Part shown: piece by piece, positions 28,400-41,700 of the stretch | How positions within the stretch are numbered: the first letter of the stretch is position 1 | Layout: each line of letters begins with the position of its first letter | Source: Lobosporangium transversale | Lineage: Eukaryota | NCBI RefSeq assembly: GCF_002105155.1 | Contig: NW_019028989.1 | Location: 620,001-684,000 of the forward strand | Direction of reading: 5' to 3' | Length of the DNA: 64,000 nucleotides | Made by a program: the position numbers and the translations under genes | The notes under the pieces: generated by a model | What the model saw: only the letters and a program-made list of their open reading frames with translations | What the model was told of the DNA's origin: nothing | Database searches by the model: none

Positions 28400-30643
28400 A
28401 TACCTGAATTATTGATGAATAGTCTTTTCTGTAGTCAGTCGTATGCCTTTTTTGAAGTGAATGAATAAATGAAATAAATCAATAAATGAACGAACAGAAA
28501 TGCTAAGCAATAGCGTAGAATGGCACGTTGCACCTGCTAGAGCAGACAATGGCCTTAATTCCTGTTGTCGCGATGATGTTGTTGATGCAATGAATGAAGA
28601 ATGAATGAAGCACATTTGACTCTCTGTGTGACCTTGTGTTCTTGTTGTAGTGCATGAATATTTATGACCTACCAGCCTAAAATGGACAGAGCAAGCCACT
28701 TCAGAGCTTGCCATGATTGTGCTGCTTAGAATGTTGGAGCTTTTTGAGGGCCACATGGCTGTAAATATGATATTGTACAATTTAATTCTTCTTGATCATT
28801 CTTTCCAGACTTGGATACTCATGTTGTTATAATAAGGATGAGTATTGAGAAGAGGCACGGTTCATTGTTGGATAAGAAAAGATGTAAATAAATTCGTTTT
28901 GTATATATACTCTTTAGCAGCTGCTAATATCGCTAATGTATGCGAATGAAAACGATCTACTGGGCGTCTTGTCCAGAGGCGTTACTCGGCGAATAGAGCT
29001 GATAAGCAACTGACTCAATTGTCTATAAGCACAAGGCATTATATCGACCTAATTATATGGACCACCTAAGAAACGATTTTCATCAAGCTCGCGATCTGAG
29101 ATTATAGTTGCCATTGCAGTTGATATATTAATCACGAAGAAAGCTTACTTTCTCAAATCATACCTGGCTGGCTTTAAATTCATGCGACGATGATGCACTG
29201 TTTAGACCGAAAGTGATCTGCATATCTCGGTTACTTTCCCAAAATGTTCGCAATCTCTTCACTATTGTTAACAATGTTATTCCTGTCTACGATCCTTAAC
29301 GCATCAGAGACATGTAATAATTGTTGATCCAAATACCAACATGCCGTTATTAGATGCAGCTGCTATCGACTTCGCTTGATCCAGTACTAGCTCTTTGTCA
29401 ACGCCCCTAACGCTCCAAACCCCTTGTAGTGATACTTTGATTCTGCAGCTATCCGTGTTTATTCGCGCATGAGATATACTTATGCGAAAACAGAACATCT
29501 AAAATCATCTGTCTACCTTCGATTCGAAGCAATTCTTACTAATGCACTTGACAAAAAGGGTCAGTCATTATTGCCTAGCCATGGTCGCTTTCTCAAAACG
29601 TATTTTGGCTGAGAGCAAAGGATACAGGAAAATAGTAATCACTCACGGCACTGACGTATATTATGTTGAAACTAATGGTTTTCTGGCGCCATTGCAGTTA
29701 ATTTTCAAAGTAAATCACCATGTGGCCTTGAGGCGGAGAACTACATGATTTTCTCCAAGAATTTTACGATGTAGGGATCAGAAACTGGATATTTTGATGA
29801 ATGCTTGATCTGCTGACATCAATTGTATGGCCAAGGCGGATATGAAAAATATAGATCGTCTCCTTAATTGATATCTTGTCCGTCATCCTCTTTTTTTCCG
29901 CCTCTTGATACTCTTCTTCGTTTTGTTCTTCCGATGGGAAGACTGAACCGCTGTGCTAGGCTGATAGCTGCTACGATCTTTAGTATCCTTCACAGCAGCT
30001 TTCCTTCCATGCGAACTTAAGGACATGTCAGTTATAACCTGATGGTAAAGGAAAAGTCGGACGAAACTGGCTCGCAGTGTTCGATTGGTTCATGACATGA
30101 TGTTGAGCGTATATGGAGAGGGTCGCTGTTACTGAAGGGATAAATTTGGGTTTCCTTGAAACATCATTGATTTGAAGCTTACAAAGTATTCTTCGGACGA
30201 TTAGTACAAATGAGTGTCTGCAACTAAGAAAAATCTGGCCATGTGGAATGCTATGCTTGTCAAAGGCAAAGATAGACGACCTATCCGTCCTCTTTTTTTC
30301 TCTTTTTCTTTCTCTTCCTTCTTTCCTGTCCTTGGCACTTGTCCGCATTCCTCTCCTCTTCTTCCCTTCCCTCTTTCTTCTTCCTCTTCTCCACGGACCA
30401 TCTTCTCTCTCTTTTTCTCTTCTCTTTCTCTCCTCACCCTATTGCAAAACAGACCAGGTGTGATTTTTTTTTTTTTTTTTTTTTTTTCCTTCTTTCTCTC
30501 TCACACACTCTCATTACTGTCTGTTCAACAAGAGATCAATAGTCTTCAGATGGTCACATCGATTATCAGCTCAAATTCACTAATTCATTCATCATCTTTT
30601 TTTTTTTTTTTTTTTTTTTTCTGTACTCCATGTTTAGGAAATA

Positions 30644-32185
30644 ATGCCTTCATCATCCATGCTCTTTCAGCAGGGCGGCGTCGGAGCCATGGCCCCTGCT
30701 TCACCTCGAGGAGGAGCTGACAATGGAGAGGCCAAGAGCCCTGCAGTAGACAGCAACATTGTTGCAGCCGCTGCCACTCCCATTCCCTTAAGACATGAAT
30801 GGGTCTTCTGGCATGACAAGTATGTATCTCTCTATTAGCAACTGCGCTGAAAGAAGGAAAAATATAAATACAAATACAAATACAAATACACACTTTAGCA
30901 CCTCGTCATATTTGACTTAATAGGTTTTTTTCCCTCTGCTTTTTGTGCCTTCCTTTTATGGCACTTTAGGTTTGTTGCCAATGCAACTCCTGCAGAGTAC
31001 ACAGAGAACCTTCGAGAGATCGCTGATGTCAACACTGTTCAGGTACAAAGAGTGGACACATGTTCACAGCATAGTTTTCTGTCCTACATCTCTTGGTTAT
31101 GACAAAAAAATACATTGAAAAACCTCGTTTTGCCCCACTCATACTTGCATGGACCCTGCGTCTTTATTCCTGACTTTCATAGACTTTCTGGTCAGTATAC
31201 AACAATATCACAGGTCCCGAGCGTCTAACGATGAGATGCTCACTGCATTTCATTCACAAGGGTATCAAGCCATTGTGGGAAGATCCCAAGAACGAGCACG
31301 GAGGCGCATGGAACTTTAGGACAGCCAAGGCCGACACCGCCTTTGTGTGGCGTGAATTGCTAATGGCCTTGATTGGAGAGCAATTCGAGGATACTATTGC
31401 AAAGGGTAAGGTGTTGGCAGAATAAGAGAAAAAATATATATATATATAAAAGAAATTGGCAGGATGTTGTCCTCTAGCTATTGCGAGATTCTCGACGATG
31501 CTTCGTCCATTACATTCATGGCTTGCAATCAGAGAAGCCTAGAATTGGGCTGTATACTTTACAGTGGCAGGATGAAAAAATAGCTCAAGTCATGGCGAAA
31601 GCGCAAATATCCCTTACTTTCATTAGCGCGCAATGCCTCAATATCTGAGCCTTCATTCCAGGAACAAGGCTCTTCACCCCTTGAGTATTTTGATCCTTGA
31701 TTTTCAGTCGATGTCATCAATTCCGTTGTCATATTCCAAATTTATGCAAGAAGGGCAACAACAACAAATACGCAATCAATCAACTTCAAAGGGCAACGAT
31801 ATAAGAAAACCATAAAACACAATGCTGATCGATTTTTTATCATTGTTATTACTACCATTGTCGTTGCATTTTTCTGGCTTACGACTGACTTCTCTAGGTG
31901 ATCAGATCTTTGGACTGTCCGTGTCAGCGCGTTGGAACTCAGACATCTTCCAAATCTGGAATATGGATTCCTCGTTGAAGGATAATGCTACAGTTATGGA
32001 TAAGGTAGCTGAAATCCTCAAAGACATTCAGATTCAATCGCCATTTTACAAAGGTAAGGACTATCCACTTGCTTATACATTATCTATAATTATATTTAAT
32101 GGTACACTTACATACATCGTCTTCATCATTTCTCTCATTCTTCACGACTGTAGCGCACAAGGACCATGATCATTTCAAGATGTAA
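30644..32185 (+). CDS. eIF4E-family cap-binding protein, class III (eIF4E3)-like; 5 exons
   Basis: Spliced protein: IPLRHEWVFWHDKFVANATPAEYTENL...TVQTFWSVYNNI...GIKPLWEDPKNEHGGAW...WRELLMALIGEQF...IFGLSVSARWNSDIFQIWN...FYKAHKDHDHFKM*; TAA at 32183-32185. Confidence 0.88.
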
Positions 32186-32390
32186 AGCAAACCAAATTGC
32201 TGTCACTTGTGCTTTTTTTTTTTTTTTTTTTTTTTTTTTTTGTCGAAGCAACTGGCCTTTTGTAGATCTTACGCCCCGTAGTTTCAATTTCCTTCTTCAC
32301 TTATACTCCTACAAGTGCTTGGAAGTAAAGCGCGTGACATCGTCTTGATTTCTGTTTTAGTTATTTATTATTTATAAAAGACTAAAAGCG

Positions 32391-33857
32391 TCAAAGCTGC
32401 CATTCCCCATCATCGCCCAGCCTCATTACGGGCACTTTACCCAAAAAATTTCGTGTTTTGAGACCCCTTGGAAGGTACTCTTGATCAATCTTCACACCTT
32501 CAGGATAATTAGGCGGATACTTATAATCGTGGCCATATCCTAAATCTTTCATTAGACTTGTAGGAGCATTTCGAAGATGAATCGGTACAGGATAAGCAAA
32601 CTCTTCTGCGATTGTTTGCTTGACAAGGCCATAGGCGTGGTAGACATCTACAGATTTCTTGGCGTTGGCCATATGGACTACACAATGCGCCAGGTTCACA
32701 TCACATTCTGGCATGCCAATCATCTGACAGGCTTGATAAGTCGCTATTGCCAAAGGCAGAGCGGAAGAATCTGCTACTCCAATATCCTCTGATGCCAATC
32801 GAATCAACCGACGCGCAATATAAAGAGGCTCCTCTCCAGCAACTAACATTCGACCTAGCCAGTACAGTGCTGCGTTCGCATCCCTATATAATTGATAGAG
32901 AATGCCTCAATGAACATGATACAGCAGGATCAAAATGGTAAAAACACGCATGTAGAACGGAAAGGAAGGTGAGGGACAAGAGCAAGAAAGCACATACCCT
33001 CCTCGGATCGATTTATGTAGAGCACTGATTAAGTTGTAATGCTCATCACCTTGCCGGTCGTATTGAAGGTGCGTCTTCTGGAATGCTGCTCTAACCATAT
33101 CAGCTGTCAACCTTGTTAACATCAGCTTTTCAAGAACACCTGAAACAGTACTAAGTGGACTTGTGTTGTTTGATGTAAATGGGTCTTTTGTTCGAGGAAC
33201 AGTATCATCTGCTGAAAGAATAAGAGTCGACTGTGCCTGAATCGCTATCTCGAGTGTGTTGATGGCAGCTCGACCTTATATCAAAGCAAGATACACTAGT
33301 GTTAATACAGGAAACAGAAGTATAGCATGGTAAAAAGACAAAGTAATGTTTATCTCACCATCTCCATCACTCAAGTCAATAAGCCATTTGACAGCGTCTT
33401 CTTCAATGGCTCCATCAATCCATTCATTCATCGAACACTCATCCTTGCCTATCGTAGCTTGATACTGCTCCAATTCAGTTTGCGACATTTGTTCCTGAGC
33501 CATGTCCAAAATATCATGCCATTTTATCCGCGCGGCGCGCCGGATCATCCGATCCATTCCATCGCTCAATGACAGTTTCTCAAGTGTCAGAACACGACAC
33601 CTTGACAGTAGTGCATTGTTGATCCGAAAACTAGGGTTTTCAGTTGTTGCCCCGATTAATGTGATGGTCCCTTTTTCAACAAACGGGAGAAATATATCCT
33701 GTTGGGCCTTGGTGAAGCGATGTATTTCATCCAAGAAAATAATGGTTCGTTGGCGGGTAAGCTGAAAAAGATTTTTGGCGTCCTCGAACGCTTTCCTGTT
33801 GCGAAGGGCCGAGAGGTTGATCATAAGTACGAGATCTTCATGAATAGTTCCTTTATC

Positions 33858-33892
<35 letters not shown>

Positions 33893-35140
33893 CATATATA
33901 AGCACCATATTACATTACCTAAGATCTCCAACCCCATGTGCTGTGGCGCTCATTTCTTTAAATTGCGCCTTCGTAGTATTGGCAATGATTCTAGCCAGAG
34001 TGGTCTTGCCGACTCCACATGGCCCCCACAAAATGATTGATCTGCCAAAAAAAAAAAAAACAAAAAAAAAACCGATATTAAAATTTCTGCATCGGATAGA
34101 GCTCTTTCTTGGCTTAAAGCATGAAAACTTTACGGAACGGTATCTTGAAGGACTAGGGCTCTCAGTATCCCTCCTGGACCGATCAGCTCTTTTTGACCAA
34201 TGTAATCATCAAGGGTAGTTGGTCTTGCTATAATTAGTTGAATATACAAAACGTGCGACTTAGAACTCTCCTTGACTTCAATCCTATCCTTGTTTTCTCT
34301 GTTCATAGATATACCTCGTTCTGCAAGTGGTTTAGACCGTTGTATTGCCACATTGGCCTTTTGCCTTTCGTTTCGACTGTTAGAGGAGAATGATTGGTGC
34401 TGTTGAAGCTGAGCTGGATTTTGCTGCAATTTCTGCAGCCATTGCCGCTGCCGTTGCTGCTGTTGCTGTTGATGCATTTTTTGCAAATCCCGCAATTCAT
34501 GCTCTGGATCTGGGGATTGTGAAACGGATGGTTGCTCTTTATCCTTATCATCTGTCTCTGACATATCTCGAAAAATAGCCTCGTCAATGTCATCAAAGTC
34601 TTCCATTTCGCTTAACCTCCGTTTTGTACTTGAGCTCTGTTTTGTCTAAAAAAATAAAATAAAAATGTAGCATTCATTATATTTTCTGTCTAGAATCCTT
34701 CCCGATTACTTGTTTCTCCTTCATCTTCCCTTCACTTACCAAAGACTCGACAACACTATCCATACCCTTGCAGTCATTGTCAAGGTGGTTGTTTATGAAC
34801 CTAAGCGGATCACATTAAAAATGAATGCCAGCGACTATTAGTGACTATATCACGATGGCTGAATACCTTATAGATACTGCATCATCATGGCTACCGTACC
34901 ATTCCGGTATCGATTTCTGGCAAATGGGACATGGAACTAAGCCGAGATAATGATCAAGGTCGAAGAAAGTGTTAACCAAAAAAGGTTATTGACAGGAGTG
35001 TCAACGAACATGTTTAAGAGAGTTTCTGTTCTACCTAGACTCGATGCAGCAGAGAAAACGGATGGACTTTGTTGTAGTGCTGATGGCGATGAGGATGTTG
35101 ATGTGAACTTTTTAGATTTCGGTGTATTGAATGGGTTCAT
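32391..35140 (-). CDS. MGS1: Mgs1/WRNIP1/RarA-family AAA+ ATPase with N-terminal UBZ zinc finger, multi-exon
   Basis: VPCPICQK...FINNHLD (UBZ4), [32 protein letters not shown] (Walker A), [10 protein letters not shown] (Walker B), [58 protein letters not shown]. Confidence 0.93.
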
Positions 35141-38100
35141 GTTGAGATAGCAATAACAACAAACGACAACAAACCAAGAAAAAATTAAATGCTAAGATTA
35201 GTTCTGCGCTACACAACTGAAGATCTTATTCAAATTACCTTGGAGAAATACCATACTTTATGCTCTCCTCTTTTGATAGTCCATCATCGCCTGCCCCTCT
35301 AGTTTTGCCGTTGATTATGAGGTCTTAGGCTAAGGACAAAGGAAACTCAGCTCTTACAGCTATAAACATCGCATCGGTCCCCGATGCAATTCTGGCCTGC
35401 AATCGAAGAAGGGCAGTAAGAATGGTAATAATCCGTCAATGTTGGATTTCGGCAACAGCGCCTTGACTGTCGGTCAGTACATCAAAAGTGGCGAGAGTTT
35501 TGCTGACGATCGCTCTTCTATCAGTTCCTCCTCAACATTTGCCTTACGGAACCTGTGCCTCCTCTCACAGTCTCAACATGCCAGATTTTTACTTCGAGTC
35601 AGCAAGATGCATAATCTGTAGGTTCTTTCATTCACGTTTCCAAATACAAATGCAGACCTTGGACTTCAACTTAAATAGCATGTGTTAATCCATACCTAAC
35701 GCCACCACCGTACTGGTGGCGAGAACTCTGCTATGCGTTTCCTACACAGCAAAGCAACATCCTATTCCGAAAGTAATATTTTTGAATATCTTTTCACAAA
35801 TCAATCAGAATGAGACCCATAGTTCTTTCTAAAGTCTCTTGTGATGTGGCCACCCTCGTTTGGGGCATCCACCTACAGTTGGACCTTTGTCTGACTTGAT
35901 GGGAGTTTTGATGTACTAAGCTTCCTACACTCAACCAACACTAATTTTCAGTTCTATTAATTGTTTAAGCATTGCTCCAGATGTAGTGATGAAGCATACA
36001 TGCACAGCAGTATAAAATATAGACATGGGCGCTCGTGTGGCGCCTTATTGAGTATGGACATCGTAAGTATATATTTATACAACTATCATGTGCAACACAA
36101 ACAAAATAACCAGGCTCCGTATCATTTACAGAAACCATATTCATCCTTACTCCCAAAACAAATATGAACCTGATCTTGTATACAGGCTTATCAATTAATC
36201 TAAACTCATGTATCCAGTGGAAACTGTATAAGCTAGCGTTAATGGCATTCATATGCAGATTCAACTGTGTATACATGGTCCCTAGACTTTGTCGATGTGT
36301 TTTTTATTAGAGAGGTAGCAAAAGAGAGGATCAATTGTGGAGAAAGAAAGGAGTTGCCTCTAGACGACATGTAAGATCGGCGGTCTACAAATTCGGCTCA
36401 GTCAAAAACTCCGCCACTATAGTGCTTCTCTTTACTCCCATTAATCTTCTACTCATTGCATAAAATGATCTGAGAGGACAAAAGTAAATATCTGCGAGCC
36501 GAAGTGTAATAGGCGCGTGAGAGACGTGAAGTCTCTAGTTCGTAATAGAAGACAGTAACATTGATACAGCAGGCAACTCTTCATGATGGATTGAAGGAGC
36601 AGTTTGATGATTCGTGATACCAACACGCCTAAAGGGATTTTCCCATGTGTTGACAAGGATCTTCCAACAATCAAAAAGTCTGCTTCATTTATTAATAATA
36701 AGTGCTGTTTATCAAGATTTTTTTTCACACGCCTCTGTCAGACAAGTTGGCAATTGGCCTGATCCGAACTTGGACCACCGAACTCAAAAAAAACAAAAAG
36801 GAGGGTAGACATTTGACATTTGGCATATCACGAACAACATCAGTGCGTAAATGAATGTATAATTTTATTGTGTATGAACTTTTAGCTAATTGCCAAAGGC
36901 TTGTTTTCACCAATCAACGCCTCAATGTCCAAACAAAAATGGCCGAAAAAATAAATGTCCTCTTTTATTCATCTGCATTGTTGCTGCTGTCAGCAAATGC
37001 CTCCAATATCGAACAAAGAAGGGGTCAAGTTCATATCCTCATTTTACATACTACGGCACAACCTCATCGATTCGTAGGATACATATTATGAAGTGATCGA
37101 GTCATACAATAAGTGGATCAAAAATGCCTTCGCATGCAACCAACCATGTTCGCTTTTTTTTTTTTTTTTTTTTTTCTGCTCCTGTGTTCCTGCTAAAGTG
37201 ATTGTCTCGGTGGATGATTACGAAGAGTTCACAGAAAGTACTTCTGCTCTCAAAAAAAAAAACCTTGTTTTATTGCTCTCATTCACATTGCCATTCTACA
37301 GCAGGATTTCACATCACATCATTCTGGTTTAGTATACATCAGCTTAGTTTTTGGAGCTGAATGGGGATAAAAAAAGAGCCTGCAATAAGCGCCAGGATAT
37401 TCAGTATGCTGGTCTTTACGCAGCACTCCTGCACTCACAAGATAGCCACTGGCTCATGCTTCCTGGTAAGTGAGAGTGTGCGTTGCATGTGCTTTGCTTT
37501 GCTATTACTTTTGCTCATATTCTTCTGGTTTCTTGCTTTCCTTTCTTTTCTTTGTCCTTTCTTCTCCGACCATCATCTTTTCATTTTCTCCTCCTTCTTC
37601 TCGCCCTACCCTTCCCTCCTTTAACAGGCGCACCATAGTTCTTCTCCCATCGCTTTGTCACTCCTCTGATTTTAATCAAAGGCAAGTAACGCTCGCCTTC
37701 ACATCGTTCGATAACTCCTCACCTCCACATCCTTTGACAATTACTCTATTCCTTGCAAAGCCGCGCTGTACTGTTGCATCCTTACAAACATCTTTGCAAC
37801 CTTCCCTCTTGTCGTATATTTTTTTATGTTCTTTCATCACCAGAGTGGTTTCTCCTCGAATTATCGTATTGCCATTAGCATGTTACATGACACTAGCATC
37901 CCCGTTCATTAATTCATTAATACCCCTTTTATTCCATCAGCATACACACTTGCATTTTTTGTTTATAATCCTTGTTGCACTGTACCTGAAAATCAGCCCA
38001 TTTCTTGATCACATGTCCAACGGGCAAGGATTCAATTTGTTTCCTAATAATCCCAATTAATACCTTAAATTGTTCAACTTAATTAATGTGTTCATTGTTG

Positions 38101-38731
38101 GGAAAGTGCTTTCATTTTCTGCTTCTCAGTACCATGTGAGGGTTTCAGCTGGGTGTTTGGTATGGGGTTGTATGCATGATGAATGTGCATAAAATAACCC
38201 TTTTACTCATTCATACACTTGGTTTTCGCTGCCTCTAATTTCAATTTTTGGTGGCATATCATATGAAAGCATGCAGGTAGACGCGCGAATATGGGGATAT
38301 GAGCACTCAGTAACCAGATTTGACTCCGCTACACCCACATTTGTCGTTCACCTTTCGTTCACATACTGTACACTTTTTTTGAACATTCTCCGGTATCGAG
38401 CGGACTTGAAATATTCCCCACGTCTTCTCCACCCGAATGCTCATACCTCTTTTGTGGGTTGAAAATTTAGTAAGGTGTCCATTGGCACATATTCAAACAG
38501 TCTCTAATTTTTTTTTTTTTCGTATTAATATATCAATTCGGTCACTTAGGATTTACAAGGACGTCCCAGCTAGGAGCTTAGGACTTCAAGCACATATTAT
38601 CTGAAAAAAAAAGAAAGAAAAGAGCGAGATCGCCGTTAGTCTAATCCCAGGAGAAAGACTTTCAGGCTTGATCAATAGAATTATTTCCTCTTACCCCAAT
38701 TACACGCCTTCCCCCCGTCTATCATTTATAC

Positions 38732-41700
38732 ATGTCATCATCATCTCAGAGTAAGGTCGCCAAGATGGGCTCCTTCTTAGCTGTTGCTGGTATTGCAAGC
38801 TTGGCTGCCTTTGGCACCTCAATGGCGCCTTCTGCAGACGCTGCAGTCACGTTTGGTGCTAATAGTTCGCCTGGATCGATCATTCAAGGAGGACTTGCCT
38901 CCATGGTACCTAAACCCGTCAGTATGATGGATAAATACCTTGTTCCTGGTCTCCTCAACATGACATACATTGGTGTGGCCATCACCAAACCCACCCAGAT
39001 TGTTGTCAGTGCTAATGCATCGCTTATGAACCCCTTTGGTTCTATGGCATTGCCTTTGGGTGTAGTCGGTTTAAATGTCCTCCTTGACGATGTAACTTTA
39101 GCGACTGTAACAACTACACCCTTGACCATCGCTGCTGGTATTGGCCCACTCTCCGTGAATGCCACTGTCGACGTTGCAGACGGCGAGACTAACCCTGCTT
39201 TGAAGAACTCGATCAAGAATTTGGTAACTGGATTCTTCGGTGGTGTCACACCTAATGGTCCTCCTCCCAAGCTCGTTATCAGTGGTATTAACCTAGCTGG
39301 TACACCCTTGGGATTGGATCCTATCGTTATCCCCACCCAGATTAAACCATCTGGCCCCATCAAGCCTACAGATGTAACCGCAGGAGCGGGAAAGCCTCCA
39401 GTCATTGGCCTGGCTGGTCTGATCAACCCTGCTATTAATTTTACTATGCCGACGCTTAACAAGGTCACACTCAAAGCCGTTACTGGTGCTCAGCTGACAG
39501 GGGGTGTTGGCTTCTCTTGGAACAACCCTCTGAACGTTGGTTTGGACATCCCTTATGTAACAATTGATGTTGCTTTAAATGGCACGCGTCTATTGACTGT
39601 AGGAGTCGATAGCCTGCACCTCGCTCCCGGTAACATGACTGCTGAGACATTTGTCGATCTCAAGTTCAATAACGACCCCGCAGCTTCTGCTCAGTTGGCT
39701 GCTCTTGTGAATGATTTCCTTGCAGGTATGAAGCATTCTTTTTATTTTTTTATTTTTATTTTTATTTTTTTTTAATTACTATTACTATTTACTATTTTAT
39801 AGTATTTGGTTAACATTCAATCGCGTTTTTTTTTTTTCTCTGTATAAAAAAGGCAATGTAAATCACATATTGAGTATTGGCAACTTTACTTTTGGAACAA
39901 AGGATAACACCACTGCCACAGGCGTGCTCCTTAACACATTGTTCAGCGGAATTGAGATCAACTTGCCACTGCTGAATATCAACACCATTGCTATTCAGCA
40001 AATGATTGCTAGTTATCTCCAACCCTATATTCCTATCGATATCAGCAAACTCGGTTCGGGCACTGGTCCTTCATTGACGACCTACCTTCAAGCTTTGGCT
40101 ATCTCCACTGCCCCAGGACACACTCTGTTGATCGAGCCCAAGATTCAGCTACCTTTGCCATTCGAATTGGACTTGAATATCCCTTACTTCGCCTTGGACA
40201 TCAACCTCGACAACTCAATGCTTGGTCAGTTCTTTTTGGCTAACCTAGTTGGTACAGGCTCTGGACAGGTCGGCATCTCAGTCGGGATTGGTTTGGTCTT
40301 CAGAGAACCCGCTCCAGAGATCCCACCTACTGTTGCCAAGTTGGTGACTGGATTGACGACAGGTTCAAGTCTTGACATCTTGGCTGGAGTCTCCAACATT
40401 GCTATTGGTATCTCACCTGCAGATGCTGTAAATACTTTAAATAATCTGAATATTGCTGTACCTATCTCAAGTCTTATCACCGGCTCCATCAGTACTGGCA
40501 ATTTACTTCAAGATATCATGGCTCAAACCAATGTTACTATTGCTCCCAACGCTGTCAATATCAAGGTTGGCTCCCTGGCTCAGTTCACGATCCATGAGGC
40601 TTCAATTGCCGTGTTGCCTAGTAACATGGTCACTGCTGGTATCAACCTGGACATGTTCCTTGGTCTGCCTGTAATTGCAAACATTGGCTACTTTGGCCTT
40701 CAGGTTTCCCTGGATGATGCCAACCTTGCTGGCGTTGGCTTAACTACAGGCCTCAATTATGGTGGCGGCATGGTCCAAATGAATGCTGGCGTGGCCATTT
40801 CTGTTGGCACTGGTCCAGAGATCAGTGGCAAGGTTGCCAGCCTTGTTAATGCCATTATTGCTCATCAACCTGTCTCGAGCTCTGTTGGTGTCGGTGGTAT
40901 TGTCATTGGCCAGAGTGCCGACGATTTGATAAATGCTCTCTCGCAGGTCAAGGTCTCTATTCCTCTCGGCGGTTTCTTGGGTGGCAATGGTAAGCTAAGC
41001 GCGCATTACTGTTGATAGTAAAGTATTCTGGTGCATTTTTGCCTTTTCTTTTTAAACTTAGTAATATTTAATCATATTCCTTTAATGGTTATAGCACCTG
41101 CTCTTTCGTCAGGTTTCCTGGACAGCATTCTAGCTCAGCTTGGTTTATCTCTCACTGACTTGTCGTTGTCTACAATCCCTAATGCTGGACTCCAAGTCGG
41201 CGCAAAGGCTTCTTTCTCCAACCCTATCCCTATTTCGGTGTCAGTTCCCTTCATTGGAATTAGTGGAGGTCTTGATCGTATTGATGTCGTCGATGTGGGG
41301 CTCAACAATTTGGCTTTGTCGCCTGGACCCAACGCTCTTCAGGCCCAGGTTGCGCTCAACTTCAATAATGCTGCAGAGGCTCAGAGCAAAGTTGCTACCT
41401 TTGTTGGAGAGATTCTGGGTGGTCAGCTCGGTAATACTCCTGAAGCTCTGACCGTCCACAACTTGCGCATTGGTGCTTCCCCTTCGGACTACTTCGATCT
41501 TCTCTCACAAATTGATATCTCGATTCCATCCAAGGACATTCTTAATAAGCCTAACATGGATCTTCTGCTGGCTCACCTTGGCTTGAATCCCGCTGACATG
41601 ACCAACAATCTCTTGAACAACTTGCAGATCGGTGCCATCTCTGCCAACTTGAACAGGGCCCCTGTGATGGAGCTCGGTACTTCACTCACTGTCAGCAACG

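Noticed and set aside
28900..30200. Protein-like fragments between CDC7 and eIF4E
   Set aside because: Many stops, no family signature, and no terminal repeats detected.
30201..30720. F/S/L-rich and K/E/R-rich ORFs (also 37361-38060, 1728-2030)
   Set aside because: Products of pyrimidine-rich promoter/UTR tracts and microsatellites rather than real genes.
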